64,000 nucleotides of DNA from Paraphysomonas bandaiensis (taxonomy: Eukaryota > Protista > Chrysophyceae), in the NCBI GenBank assembly GCA_965644295.1, contig CBFFRP010000335.1, forward strand, positions 124,001-188,000. The letters run 5' to 3'. Below are positions 52,963 to 64,000 of this stretch, in pieces. Both the position numbers and the translations under genes were made by a program. Positions within the stretch are counted from its first letter, which is position 1. The number at the start of each line of letters is the position of its first letter. The notes beneath the pieces are model-generated. The model was not told the origin of the DNA. It worked only from the letters and a program-made list of their open reading frames with translations, and did no database searches.

Positions 52963-53365
52963 TATTTCGATTACTCAATTACAAATTCCTTATTCTATCA
53001 CAGTAGCTATGATTAATTAGCGCCTGTTCAAACCCCAGCCTGCCTTAAGACACCACACAGCCTTGTTACGCATACGAATAATACGTACAGACTACATGCA
53101 TATTCTTGTCACCAGCAGCCAATGAATAATATATGACGAGGTTGCAATTACTAAAAATATTTTCAGTTTGTGTCCCTTGAAGTGTTTTTCTTCTGGAAGT
53201 CACTCTTCGACTGTCTCCACACACACACTCCTGCAGAAGAAGTGAATTATATTCTGAAGTGAGTGTATGCACCCCCCCGTCACATGACTATACACTGCAG
53301 TCTCCTACAGCCCATTAATAGAACTCATCTATACTTAAGTCTTCGATTAATATCAATAGGAAATA

Positions 53366-53942
53366 ATGCCAAGGTAGGAATAGTGTAATTGTATGATCTC
53401 CTGTGATGTGTGTATAGAGGTGGAGGATCCCGCAGCAGCCGCTCAGCACCTTCTCGTGCCCCTCCTTCACGACCAGTGAGCTCAGCCCCACCACCCGCTA
53501 AGGCAGCCCCCCCACCCCCTGCCCCTGCTCCTCGTCCTTCTCCCCCTCCTCCTGCCCAGCAGTCTTCTCAAGGTGATCGCATATGGCTCTTGTGTTGTTG
53601 CTGTGTGTGATGAGTGTTGCAGGTGGAGGTATGCTGTCCGGTATCGGATCAACTATCATGCAGGGTATGGCCTTTGGCACTGGAAGTGCTATCGCGCACA
53701 GAGCTGTTGGCGCTGTTGCTGGCTCCTTTGGAGGAGGTAGCTCTGACCAGCAGCAACAGCAACCAGCCCAGCAGCAGGCTCCCTCTGTTCCTGCCGTTAC
53801 AGAGTCCAGCTCTGCTGATGGTCCCTGCCAAGTAGACTTGAAGGCATTCAACAACTGTATGAAAGAAAATAACAACAACGTGTCGGCATGCGACTTCTAT
53901 TTCCAGGCTCTGCAACAGTGCCAGTCGTCTAGTAGTTACTAA
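53366..53942 (+). CDS. CHCHD2/10: CHCHD2/CHCHD10 (Mix17)-like mitochondrial twin CX9C protein, 3 exons
   Basis: MPR|GGGSRSSRSAP..., conserved helix QGMAFGTGSAIAHRAVGAV, CHCH domain CQVDLKAFNNC...CDFYFQALQQC. Confidence 0.9.
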
Positions 53943-54473
53943 TTGGCCTGAGCGTTGGCCGCAGCGCTGCCGCTGAGCTGTTGTCGATATTGGATTTACT
54001 TCTAAAATAATAATTATATATGCTTCTTAAAATTTCAATTCTAATAGTTTGATGTTGCGTTTATTTGATTAAGTTTTTTGTACACTAAGGCAAATATTAA
54101 AATTCGAGATATCACAGTCACTAATACTTGAACCTTCTGTATTTACCGACGTTCTTTCTCAACTAGAAAGTGTGATTTGTTCCTACTAAACTTTGCCGAC
54201 GTTCTTATTAAATTAAATATGGCAGCTGAGCCAAAAGTTGCAGACACTCCTACTAAGTTAAATGTTTTACTCGATTCTACCAAATTTAAGTCGTACGGGA
54301 CTCCCTGAATCGCGATGAAACCAACAACTTTAAATGCGCATGTTAAATACGGCTAAGGCTGCATAACAGCTAATTGTTGATTAATAGGCGCAGATTGTAG
54401 TCTATTATAATTGCAATCAATTGATGCTAGATGCTAGACTATAAACTACAAACGAATATACTATATGGGAAAT

Positions 54474-54590
54474 ATTATTCAACCTAGTCAAATTGGTTGA
54501 ATTACCTAGTCACGCTATTTTTGGTAGAATAACCTAGTCAAAGTAATAAATGACTCAGTCTAGTCAACTTTGGTATTCAACCTAGTCGTT
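54474..54590. repeat. Cluster of short (A)CCTAGTC direct repeats
   Basis: ttcaacctagtca, ttacctagtca, taacctagtca, gtctagtca and ttcaacctagtcg within ~115 bp. Confidence 0.6.
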
Positions 54591-55657
54591 CTTATATCCA
54601 TTGATTACACACTGCGACTGTCTAAGATACCATCTCACACCACACAATATATTAGTGGCTTACTACAGAGCATCAAAACAATCAAACAAAACAATAAGCT
54701 CATATATACATATCTACTTAACACAGGTGCACGTTGTAAATGCCATAATACTATCACACCTGCTTGTCTCAGTGTTGATGACGAACGTGCAAGCAGTCAA
54801 GCATCAAGGAGCCATTCCTCATGAAGACCACCTGACATAACATTTTTCAGGAGTAGGGATATGATCCTCAGCATATGATCTCGTCGTCATGATACTTCTT
54901 CAGAAGTGCCTTATAGTAAATTAGAGTCATGAATGGTTTCCTTTACTTTATTAATATATATACAACTTACCCTTCCTCCATATATATGCATGCTCTAAAA
55001 AGTGTGTATCACATTGATTTAAGTTGTTTGGATTTGGCATACGAGTAGTATGTTACTAATTTGGCATATGCTATATTTGAGGGACGTCTGCAGATCGAAA
55101 TACGTTCTCGGTTACAATTCTAATGCACAACACAGTAGGTCACGAGATGAACGCCACAACTGACTTAACAAGCATTGTTGAGCGAGAAGAAGATATGTAT
55201 TCATAATATTCTATTCTCTGGTATGTTATGTTATCTTTGTATAGACTCTATCAGAAGTCGAACTCTAGAAGTTCTTTTCAAACATGTCGACGGTGCGGGG
55301 TACTGCGGCATCTATCTCACTAACCGAGGAATCCATTGCAAGTACCTGAGTTATGCTTTTTAGCTTCGCTTGTTGACCTGGAGCACACCAGCCCAATGAA
55401 GGTATTAGTGCTGTGCTGTTTATGATATGTATAACCTCCATGTGCAGCCCACGGTGCAACTGTGCCATTACACCTACCGCCCATACAAGCCTGGTACTAG
55501 TAGTAGGCAGTATGGGCGCTGGTGCTACACATGAAGAAACTATCGCTTCTTCGCATGGGGACCACGGTCGTGCTGAGTTGGGGAAGGGTGGTGCTCTGAC
55601 TACTGGCCCGAGACAGACTAAAACTGCATGCGTGTCATGTTATCTTTGCTTTTTTTC

Positions 55658-57063
55658 TTCTCCCCGCTAATCATTGAGCTTCCTAGTAGTTAGCTCAGCG
55701 CCTTTTCGTACGTGTCTATTAATGCTACCTTTAGTTGAGTAGGTAACTTTAAATTAACGACTGTAATATATACATGTTGTAGGAAAGTTTGCATAATTTT
55801 TACACTTTTAGTAGTCTCAACTTTTATTTTTAATTTTAGTAGTAGCATCTGCAAAATATAGTGGGAACAGATGGAAATTTTGGTAGGTTTGAAAATGACA
55901 CTCCTGTTACAGTCATCTGAAGTGGGTTGGTATTTACTGAAAAACAGCTCACAGTGGCTGTAAGTTAAATAAACCTAATTCTGATGTATTTTTCATGTGT
56001 GTAGATCATAAATACGTGTTCTTCTTCTATCAGATACACTGAATTTTATATCTAAAGTTGTGACGTGATTACGAAATACGATATATATCGGTTCACTATC
56101 ACTTGGCCTGTATACTTTCCGCCCTAATCAGTGTTTCATTGTGTGGTAGAAATGAGCATTTCACTGATTGTATCCTTGCTCTACTCTTACTCCTTAACCT
56201 TGGTTTGTTGAACACAATGAATTTGAAGTAAGAAATTAGAATTATTAATCTAAACACTTCACATGAAATCTATTTTTATCTCTTGTGAACATCTACTCTC
56301 AGGAAAATAAAGAATTGATCTTTATAATAGTAAAAAAATGTTGGATTATTATAGTGTAAGTTCTCCCCGCTAATCATTGAGCTTCCTAGTAGTTAGCTCA
56401 GCGCCTTTTCGTACGTGTCTATTAATGCTACCTTTAGTTGAGTAGGTAACTTTAAATTAACGACTGTAATATATACATGTTGTAGGAAAGTTTGCATAAT
56501 TTTTACACTTTTAGTAGTCTCAACTTTTATTTTTAATTTTAGTAGTAGCATCTGCAAAATATAGTGGGAACAGATGGAAATTTTGGTAGGTTTGAAAATG
56601 ACACTCCTGTTACAGTCATCTGAAGTGGGTTGGTATTTACTGAAAAACAGCTCACAGTGGCTGTAAGTTAAATAAACCTAATTCTGATGTATTTTTCATG
56701 TGTGTAGATCATAAATACGTGTTCTTCTTCTATCAGATACACTGAATTTTATATCTAAAGTTGTGACGTGATTACGAAATACGATATATATCGGTTCACT
56801 ATCACTTGGCCTGTATACTTTCCGCCCTAATCAGTGTTTCATTGTGTGGTAGAAATGAGCATTTCACTGATTGTATCCTTGCTCTACTCTTACTCCTTAA
56901 CCTTGGTTTGTTGAACACAATGAATTTGAAGTAAGAAATTAGAATTATTAATCTAAACACTTCACATGAAATCTATTTTTATCTCTTGTGAACATCTACT
57001 CTCAGGAAAATAAAGAATTGATCTTTATAATAGTAAAAAAATGTTGGATTATTATAGTGTAAG
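55658..57063. repeat. Apparently exact tandem duplication of a 703-bp AT-rich non-coding segment (55658-56360 / 56361-57063)
   Basis: Both copies begin ttctccccgctaatcattgagc and end ggattattatagtgtaag; I saw no differences. Confidence 0.92.
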
Positions 57064-57779
57064 TAATGAATACGATAGAGTGAAAATTATGAATAACAAT
57101 ATAGAACATAGCTATCATGCACAACGGAATAGTTAGAAGTGTAACTGATAATGACGACATTACGATGACGATCATGTATCTTCGACAGATACTCTTTCTA
57201 TTTCAGTTCATGATATATCTCATTGAGCATTATAACTCACAGATACAATCTTGTATTTAGCTGAATCCTAGTAAGGAGCATCTGTTATCATATGTTCACA
57301 AGTTACTCCTATATCTTATATAGTCACACATCAGTAACTGAATTTACTACCTTTACACCCGTTACACCTATGAGTTGATTTCACCTATTGCATACTATTA
57401 ACTCTTCTGACTCTTACACGCCTACTATATTGCTAATAATAAGACGTTCACTATCACACTATGAACTCACTTCATTTGCACAATCTATATCGCATCATAC
57501 TGCAGCACTCAACATTGTGTGTTGCCCATTGAGTGCACTCTCATATTTATATATTAAATATAATTGTATATTTTGGTAAATGTAAATGTATTTTTCATCA
57601 TGTATTTTTTGATTGTATAATTTTAATTCTCTATCTCCAACTCAAAACAATGGGTATCACGTATTGAAATTAGTGAAAGAGGTCGAAGACGAATGTATAT
57701 CTCAATTGATTTTTAATAAATGTACTATACGAGACTATTTCGGGTGTGCAAGAAGTTAACTACAGTTATACACATAGCA

Positions 57780-60635
57780 TTATTCTCTTTTTCTCTTCAG
57801 AGCTGCAGCTGCTCTTGCTACATTCGGCTTCCTTCTCCCACCACCACTGTGTGATTGCCGCTTATCCATCTCTTCCTTACGACTCTTACCAGACATGTCG
57901 AATTGACGTTGAGCCTTCATATTATCACCGAAATCTGAATCATCTGTGCCCTGATTCTTACGTAAATATTCCACAAAAGGATCGCGACCTTCATTTCTCA
58001 GTTTCTCAGCAAAATCGTCCTGCGTTCGTCTTCTATTTCTCTCTTTCTGGAAAGAAGAGTGTGTAAACGGTACCTCTGCTTCTAGCGCATCTTCTTCCTC
58101 AAATTTCTTGGAAACATATGCAGGAAGAGATCCCTTCAGTGGGTTTCCTTCAAGAGCATCTTCCCACTCCTTCCAGTCCTTATCAGAAATACCCAGAAGC
58201 TTTCGCTTCTCCTCAGCCGTTTCAGCCCGCACAGCATCATCCTCATCGCTGCCGCCTTTATCATCAACGGTTTCAATCCTACTCATCAGATCACGCAGTT
58301 CGTCGTCGTCGCTTTCGGAATCTAAGGCCATATCACTATCGCTATCAGTGTTTTTGCGTTTATAGTCCAGCAGTTCTTCGTGATCACCTCTGTAGAACCT
58401 GTTTCTATCCGTGCGTTTCTGCGGCCCTTCACCTGGAGCAAAGAGGCCTTTATCTTTCTTACTATCTGGTGGTGGTGGCACAATATCTCGGCGAACGGGG
58501 GGGTATGCGGTGGGTCGTCTTCTAGAGAGTGGACTCGGGGTAACCACAGAGTGAATAGACGATGTTTTCTCGTCCTCACTTTCTTCCTGGTTAGATTTTA
58601 TTAAGCCAACCTCAGGGGAATCCACTGGCAGAGCGGGAACAAGACCGCCCCATCTTAGCTTCCTAACGGCGGAGTAGAAAGTAGGTATCTTCCAGGCAGA
58701 ACCCTTAGAGACTGTACTGCGTGTGATATGACCATCGGACTGACATACGTCCATGACTACGTGCTGCTTGGCTTTAATGGGAGATCTGATTAGACGCCCA
58801 TATTCTTCACGGAATAATGGTGGGTTGTAATCATCCCAGTCGACCTACAGTAAAAATAATTAATTCATAATCAAATACTCTGATATATTCCTTTACCTCA
58901 TCAATTAGCTCCTCCACAAGCTGTGACGTGTCTGACCCTGGGTTGTCCATGAATCGACGAAGAGTAACCAAAGGGGTTGGATCCCGGACATCAGCCCCGG
59001 CCTCTTCCGGTGATTGAACCCAGTCATCCTGTCCATTATCACTGCGCATGCCGTCATTTGAGTACCGATGAATCGCAGAGTGCTTCACACGCTTCTGGAT
59101 GACGCAGTACGAGAACTTCTCCTCACTATCCTTACGAATCATTGCAGAATGCGCACGCTGTGAAAACGAACACCAAGATCCCTATTATGTGCCCAGTTCG
59201 GAATTAACAAGAATATTCATTAGCGAAATATGGATCCCACCTTTCGTAAAGGGCATACCCCATCGTGCGTGCACGGGGAAATCACCTTGACCTCAAAGTC
59301 CTCATATTTTAACCGGGGATGTGATGGCGGCTGAAGCACGTATCGAACAGCAGTATCTTTGGTAGGAACCGGCTGTGGAGCACCGCTTGAACTGTACATA
59401 TAGTGATGATACTACATTAAAACACGAATATTTAACAACATGTAAAATTACCCGCTGCTTCCGAAAAGCTCAAGCAGCATCTGCCTCGCTGAACGAGTAT
59501 GATGAGAGCCCACAGGATTTCCGTTATCAATAATCACAAGGATGCCATCCACATCAAGGGCCTCATACATAACTTGGACTGCTGCACGTTTTACTGCATC
59601 GCTAGTGAGTTCTGATAGCGTATACGCAGATACAGCCATATCGAACCGTTGGTCGTCACCCCTTGCAGCAATGCGGCTAACTACATCAACTGTCTTCGAG
59701 TCAAGGGTTACACTTACACCAGCGCCCCCTGAAACTGCCTGTTTTGTTACTCTTCCTTTATCATGCGTGTCTTGGTGGGTGTATGGCAAGCCCATGCGAG
59801 TCGTCATCACCTTGGCGGCATCGAGCATCGACTGGCTCATATCTACACCATTATATCGACGGACTACATCCCTTCCCCACACATCCACAGCAGCAGCACC
59901 AGCAGTACCAGGACCACAACCAAAATCTAGTATACGCTGTGGCTTGTACTTTGGCAAGATAGTTTTAATTTCTCGGAAGACGCGCCGTGTTATGACATAG
60001 CGACTCGGAAAGAAGTAGTTAACGTATGCTATAGTCTCTTCGGGACCGTAAGGCATCACCCTGTCGGCCTCCTTGGAAGCATCCGATGGAGCAGTGGGCA
60101 TCCAACCTAAATTACGATACGCATACTTCCGTTGCAAATCTCTATCAGGCTTGAGCATCCAGTTCTTCACGCACCTTCGGATTTGCTGCGGAGTACGATG
60201 CACAGATATCTCTTCCTTGCGCTGCGTAACCCAATCAGGAAGATTCTCAATAGATCTGTATGGAACTCTTCCCAACTTTAAGAGCTGTTTTCCAACTTTA
60301 ATCTGCGGCATAAACTCCTCTCCGATCTCTTCGAACTCATAGTCCTCATCCTCATAATCATCCTCATCATCAGCAGGATTGTTGGGCAGAGGCGTCTTCT
60401 TTCTCGGCATCATATCATCGTCAAACTCATCGTCTGTGTCCTCCTCTATAAGGACGGGCTTATCTAGTATCCTATCTAGAGGGTTCTTCATATTGAACGG
60501 TGTGTACGCTATGCCTCTATGATGGTAGAACACATGCGACGAGCGCCCGCATGAGAGAGACTCGGGTGAAGATGATACACTTACACGACGATTCAATGAA
60601 CGGAAGCGTCGAGATAATGCAGATACTCGGAGCAT
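57780..60635 (-). CDS. RSM22: Mitochondrial small-subunit assembly methyltransferase-like protein Rsm22/METTL17 (multi-exon) with a charged C-terminal extension
   Basis: Presequence MLRVSALSRRFRSL; RILDFGCGPGTA, AYTLSEL, GILVIIDNGNPVG; Cys motifs SPCTHDGVCP, CSFSQ and VMDVC; RLIRSP; YSAVRKLRWG. Confidence 0.9.
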
Positions 60636-60918
60636 GATGACCGAGAGCTACTATGCGACTAGTGACTTAATCGGATGGTTTGGACTTTAATTCTTCAGTC
60701 TCTCGCACCATATACACACACACATCTCACCCGTCCACATACACACTACATACACAGAGAGATGGGCACATACAGGCGTATACATACATATACGTGTACG
60801 GTATGTGGCATGCATCTTCTATCCATCCACTCCCTACAGAATACACTGTACTCTGTCTGTATCCCAGCCATGTATTCTGCTGCAGTACAGTGTATAGAGG
60901 CAGTGCAGGTATACTACG

Positions 60919-61052
60919 ACATACATACATACATACATACATACATACATACATACATACATACATACATACATACATACATACATACATACATACATAC
61001 ATACATACATACATACATACATACATACATACATACATACATACATACATAC
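60919..61052. repeat. (TACA)n microsatellite, ~33 units
   Basis: Seen directly. Confidence 0.97.
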
Positions 61053-61258
61053 TGTGGCATGAAACTCCTAGTTTTAGGGCTTGGGAGTTTCTCTCCTTCT
61101 GGAAACATGGGGTTTCCCTTCAGGATACGGTAGTCGAGTGGCAGTAGTTTCATGCCAGACAATTCATACATGATTCTTATCTACATAATAATCATATATT
61201 CTAGTCCTGCTCTGTTCTTGCTGTTAGCTACGTACTTGTAGGCAGTGGTCTGGGCACA
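61053..61258 (+). mobile_element. 206-bp solo LTR (or duplicated LTR) inside (TACA)n
   Basis: TGTG...CACA termini, ATAC on both sides (possible 4-bp TSD), identical to 61363-61568. Confidence 0.7.
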
Positions 61259-61362
61259 ATACATACATACATACATACATACATACATACATACATACAT
61301 ACATACATACATACATACATACATACATACATACATACATACATACATACATACATACATAC
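61259..61362. repeat. (ATAC)n microsatellite, 26 units
   Basis: Seen directly between the two LTR copies. Confidence 0.97.
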
Positions 61363-61789
61363 TGTGGCATGAAACTCCTAGTTTTAGGGCTTGGGAGTTT
61401 CTCTCCTTCTGGAAACATGGGGTTTCCCTTCAGGATACGGTAGTCGAGTGGCAGTAGTTTCATGCCAGACAATTCATACATGATTCTTATCTACATAATA
61501 ATCATATATTCTAGTCCTGCTCTGTTCTTGCTGTTAGCTACGTACTTGTAGGCAGTGGTCTGGGCACAATATCGATATTTTCCTGATTGTCTAGAAGGAC
61601 TACAGCTTCCGCAAGGAAGGAGTGTGTAGAGCAAGAAGGGGGATGGCCAGGGGAGCCGATAACCTCTAGCTCGGGTTGTTGAGGGAAGGAGGAGGTTTTC
61701 TAGGGACCTCGTAAGCTCCAACCCTGATATTGGACTGCAGAGGGATGCAGTGACCATGTAGAGGATCATGGGGACTCAGAGGAAGGCTC

Positions 61790-62800
61790 AAGTGGACTTA
61801 GAGGTGTTGCGAAGGAGCAGCAGGGTACTCTGTCCCTTGATGCAGATAGAGACTCTGATGTGTCCATCTTTGATTAGTGCTTCCGAAAGGAAGGAGTGTG
61901 TTTAGTTGTGTATGGGACTTTGAGTGAGCTGCGAGAGAGCAGCAGGGTACTCTGTCCCTTGTGATGTGTCTATCTTTGATTAGTGCTTCCGAAAGGAAGG
62001 AGTGTGTTTAGTTGTGTATGGGACTTTGAGTAAGCTGCGAGAGAGCAGCAGGGTACTCTGTCCCTTGTGATGTGTCTATCTTTGATTAGTGCTTCCGAAA
62101 GGAAGGAGTGTGTTTAGTTGTGTATGGGACTTTGAGTGAGCTGCGAGAGAGCAGCAGGGTACTCTGTCCCTTGTGATGTGTCTATCTTTGATTAGTGCTT
62201 CCGAAAGGAAGGAGTGTGTTTAGTTGTGTATGGGACTTTGAGTGAGCTGCGAGAGAGCAGCAGGGTACTCTGTCCCTTGTGATGTGTCTATCTTTGATTA
62301 GTGCTTCCGAAAGGAAGGAGTGTTGTTTGTTGTGTATGGGACTTTGAGTAAGCTGCGAGGGAGCAGCAGGGTACTCTGTCCCTTGTGATGTGTCTATCTT
62401 TGATTAGTGCTTCCGAAAGGAAGGAGTGTTGTTAGTTGTGTATGGGACTTTGAGTAAGCTGCGAGGGAGCAGCAGGGTACTCTGTCCCTTGTTGCAGATA
62501 GAGAGATTAGTGCTTCCGCAAGGAAGGAGTAAGTTTAGTTGTGTATGGGATTTAGAGTAAGAGAGTAAGCTGCGAGGGAGCGGCATGGTACTCTGGTCCT
62601 GGAAATAGATAGAGACTCTGATGAGTTATGGGACATATAGAGGAAGCTGTGAGAGAGCGGCAGGGTACTCTGTCCCTTGATGCAGATAGAGAGATGAGTG
62701 CTTCCGAAAGGAAGGAGTAAGTTTAGTTGTGTATGGGACTTAGAGTAAGCTGCGAGGGAGCGGCATGATACTCTTTTCCTTGTGATAGTTAGAGACTCTG
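61790..62800 (+). repeat. 106-bp tandem repeat (six copies at exact period plus degenerate flanking copies) with predicted stem-loops
   Basis: gtgcttccgaaagg recurs at 61877, 61983, 62089, 62195, 62301 and 62407, with variants at ~61604, 62510 and 62698. Confidence 0.92.
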
Positions 62801-63399
62801 ATGAGTCCTTTAGAACCGGGGCCCAAGAGATGGTCACCGGCTTTGATAAGTGATTTATGAGCGCGGTCAGCGCAAGGCGAGCAGCCAACGTAGTGGGGGA
62901 CAATGCATTCCCTCTTGCGAGAGAGAGAAATGATCAGTCCGGGGGAGCAGTGTCTCCGAGCCTTGGCGTGTACGCGTTTTACCCTTGTGGGGGGGAACGA
63001 GCCAGCGTTCGTCTTCCACTACGTAAAAATTAATCTTGAGGTCCGAGGGAGTTGGCCCCTCTGGACGTAGGAATCAGTGATATAGGGGAAGAGTGGTCGT
63101 ACCCAGCGGAGGAACAGCTGCTTTCGCTGGGAGAAGATCTTTCAAATTTCTCAAATAGGTCGACAAGGGACCGAGAGGATATGAAAGAAATTCGCAACGA
63201 TCAGTTAGACTCCATTGACTCTGATTATCTAGACTCTGAGGGTGAGTCTCCTACGATTCCAGAAAAGGTTTATGGGTCACCGGACCTACAAGAAAAGAGT
63301 CGTGAGGTCCTGTGGGATACAGGGATATCTTTCGATTAGGGATTCGAAAAGGAAAGCCCACGAAGTTAGAATTTTTAGTTAGAAGTCCGGAAACCAGCT

Positions 63400-63900
63400 G
63401 AGGCATGGCTGATGCCGGTAAGAAATTGCCTCGTAGGAGGTTAGATAGGAGTCGTCAGCGCGAACTCCAACGTTTAGTGGAAAAGTTAGAGCGGTTGGGA
63501 GCGATCCAACCTAGCTCGGCCACTCATTATAGTCATTCTTTTGTAGATCCATAGCCACACAATAAGTGGCGATTAGTGTTGGATTATAAGAATCTCAACA
63601 AGGTTAGATCTGGCCAATTCCGAACATTAGGGATATGATTTATCGAATTGGTGCCAGTGGGCGAGGAGTCCCGTAATTGGGTCGCCTTTATTACTCAAAA
63701 CGGGGTGTACGAGTGGCTCCGGCTCCCCATGGGTTTGAAAGGTGTCCCGTCCTACTTCCAGCGGCAAATGCAAAGTAGTGCTAGCGGGTTTAGTGTATGA
63801 GATTTGTGAGATATATCTGGGTGAATGTGTTAAATTTGCTGGCTCGGAAGAGGAGCTGATTAAGGATTATCAGCGGGTTCGGAGAGATTTAGGAAATTTG
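63400..63900 (+). pseudogene. Inactivated Ty3/gypsy reverse transcriptase
   Basis: Fragments KWRLVLDYKNLNKV, WPIPNIRDMIYRIG, AFITQNGVYEWLRLPMGLKGVPSYFQRQM and LAGLVYEICEIYLGE. The YLDD catalytic motif reads YLGE at 63814-63825, and the fragments are separated by frameshifts, deletions and stops. Confidence 0.88.
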
Positions 63901-64000
63901 GCCAAATACCCAGACACAGTTTATGGGTGTGGCAAATTTGGTAAGAGATTGCGTACGCGTATATGTGCTGATTGCGAAACCATTGCATGCAATGTTGGGG

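Larger units (their letters stand above)
61363..64000 (+). mobile_element. Degenerate Ty3/gypsy LTR retrotransposon (5' LTR 61363-61568, repeat-rich leader, RT remnant), running off the window
   Basis: TG...CA LTR followed by unique sequence and, ~2 kb downstream on the same strand, gypsy RT motifs. Linking the LTR to the RT as one element is inference. Confidence 0.72.

Noticed and set aside
55175-55670. GC-richer stretch with several short ORFs
   Set aside because: No family motifs or coherent gene model; at most a relic.
60675-61481. YIHT / MYVC repeat ORFs
   Set aside because: These are translations of the (TACA)n microsatellite.
62590-62830. Hammerhead ribozyme at ctgatgag (about 62618 and 62798)
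   Set aside because: No stem II closing into GAAA follows the core.
63052-63339. 95-aa acidic ORF as a host gene
   Set aside because: TTG start, and it lies just upstream of the RT remnant; more likely a decayed gag-pol fragment.

Overview
Eukaryotic nuclear DNA with short GT-AG introns; a protist, and stramenopile-like is my inference only. The main feature is absent from the ORF track: one intron-less minus-strand ORF starting at ATG 21986 and still open at position 1 (>7,300 aa). It encodes a secreted or surface protein with a signal peptide and at least 15 copies of a ~280-aa Cys-rich 'DQFGDGW' domain, separated by P-[ST]-x-x mucin stalks, one of which is a ~24x156-bp array. The domain copies are mosaics of a shared framework and six different central cassettes. 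The middle of the window is compact and gene-rich: a head-to-head GH5 pair (endoglycoceramidase-like and a membrane-anchored GH5_2 cellulase), a cyclin Y-like gene, a CFA/CNMT-family methyltransferase, MRPL15, an M28 aminopeptidase, ECI1, an FKBP-TPR protein, a Tim17/22-like protein, a GNAT, a 5-exon TIM13 (also missed by the track), CHCHD2/10 and RSM22/METTL17. Many of these are mitochondrial and arranged as divergent pairs. Non-coding structure includes two diverged ~390-nt copies of a hairpin-bearing element, a MITE-like inverted repeat and a 703-bp tandem duplication. The right end holds a degenerate Ty3/gypsy element: two 206-bp LTR copies set in (TACA)n microsatellite, a 106-bp structured tandem repeat, and a dead RT.
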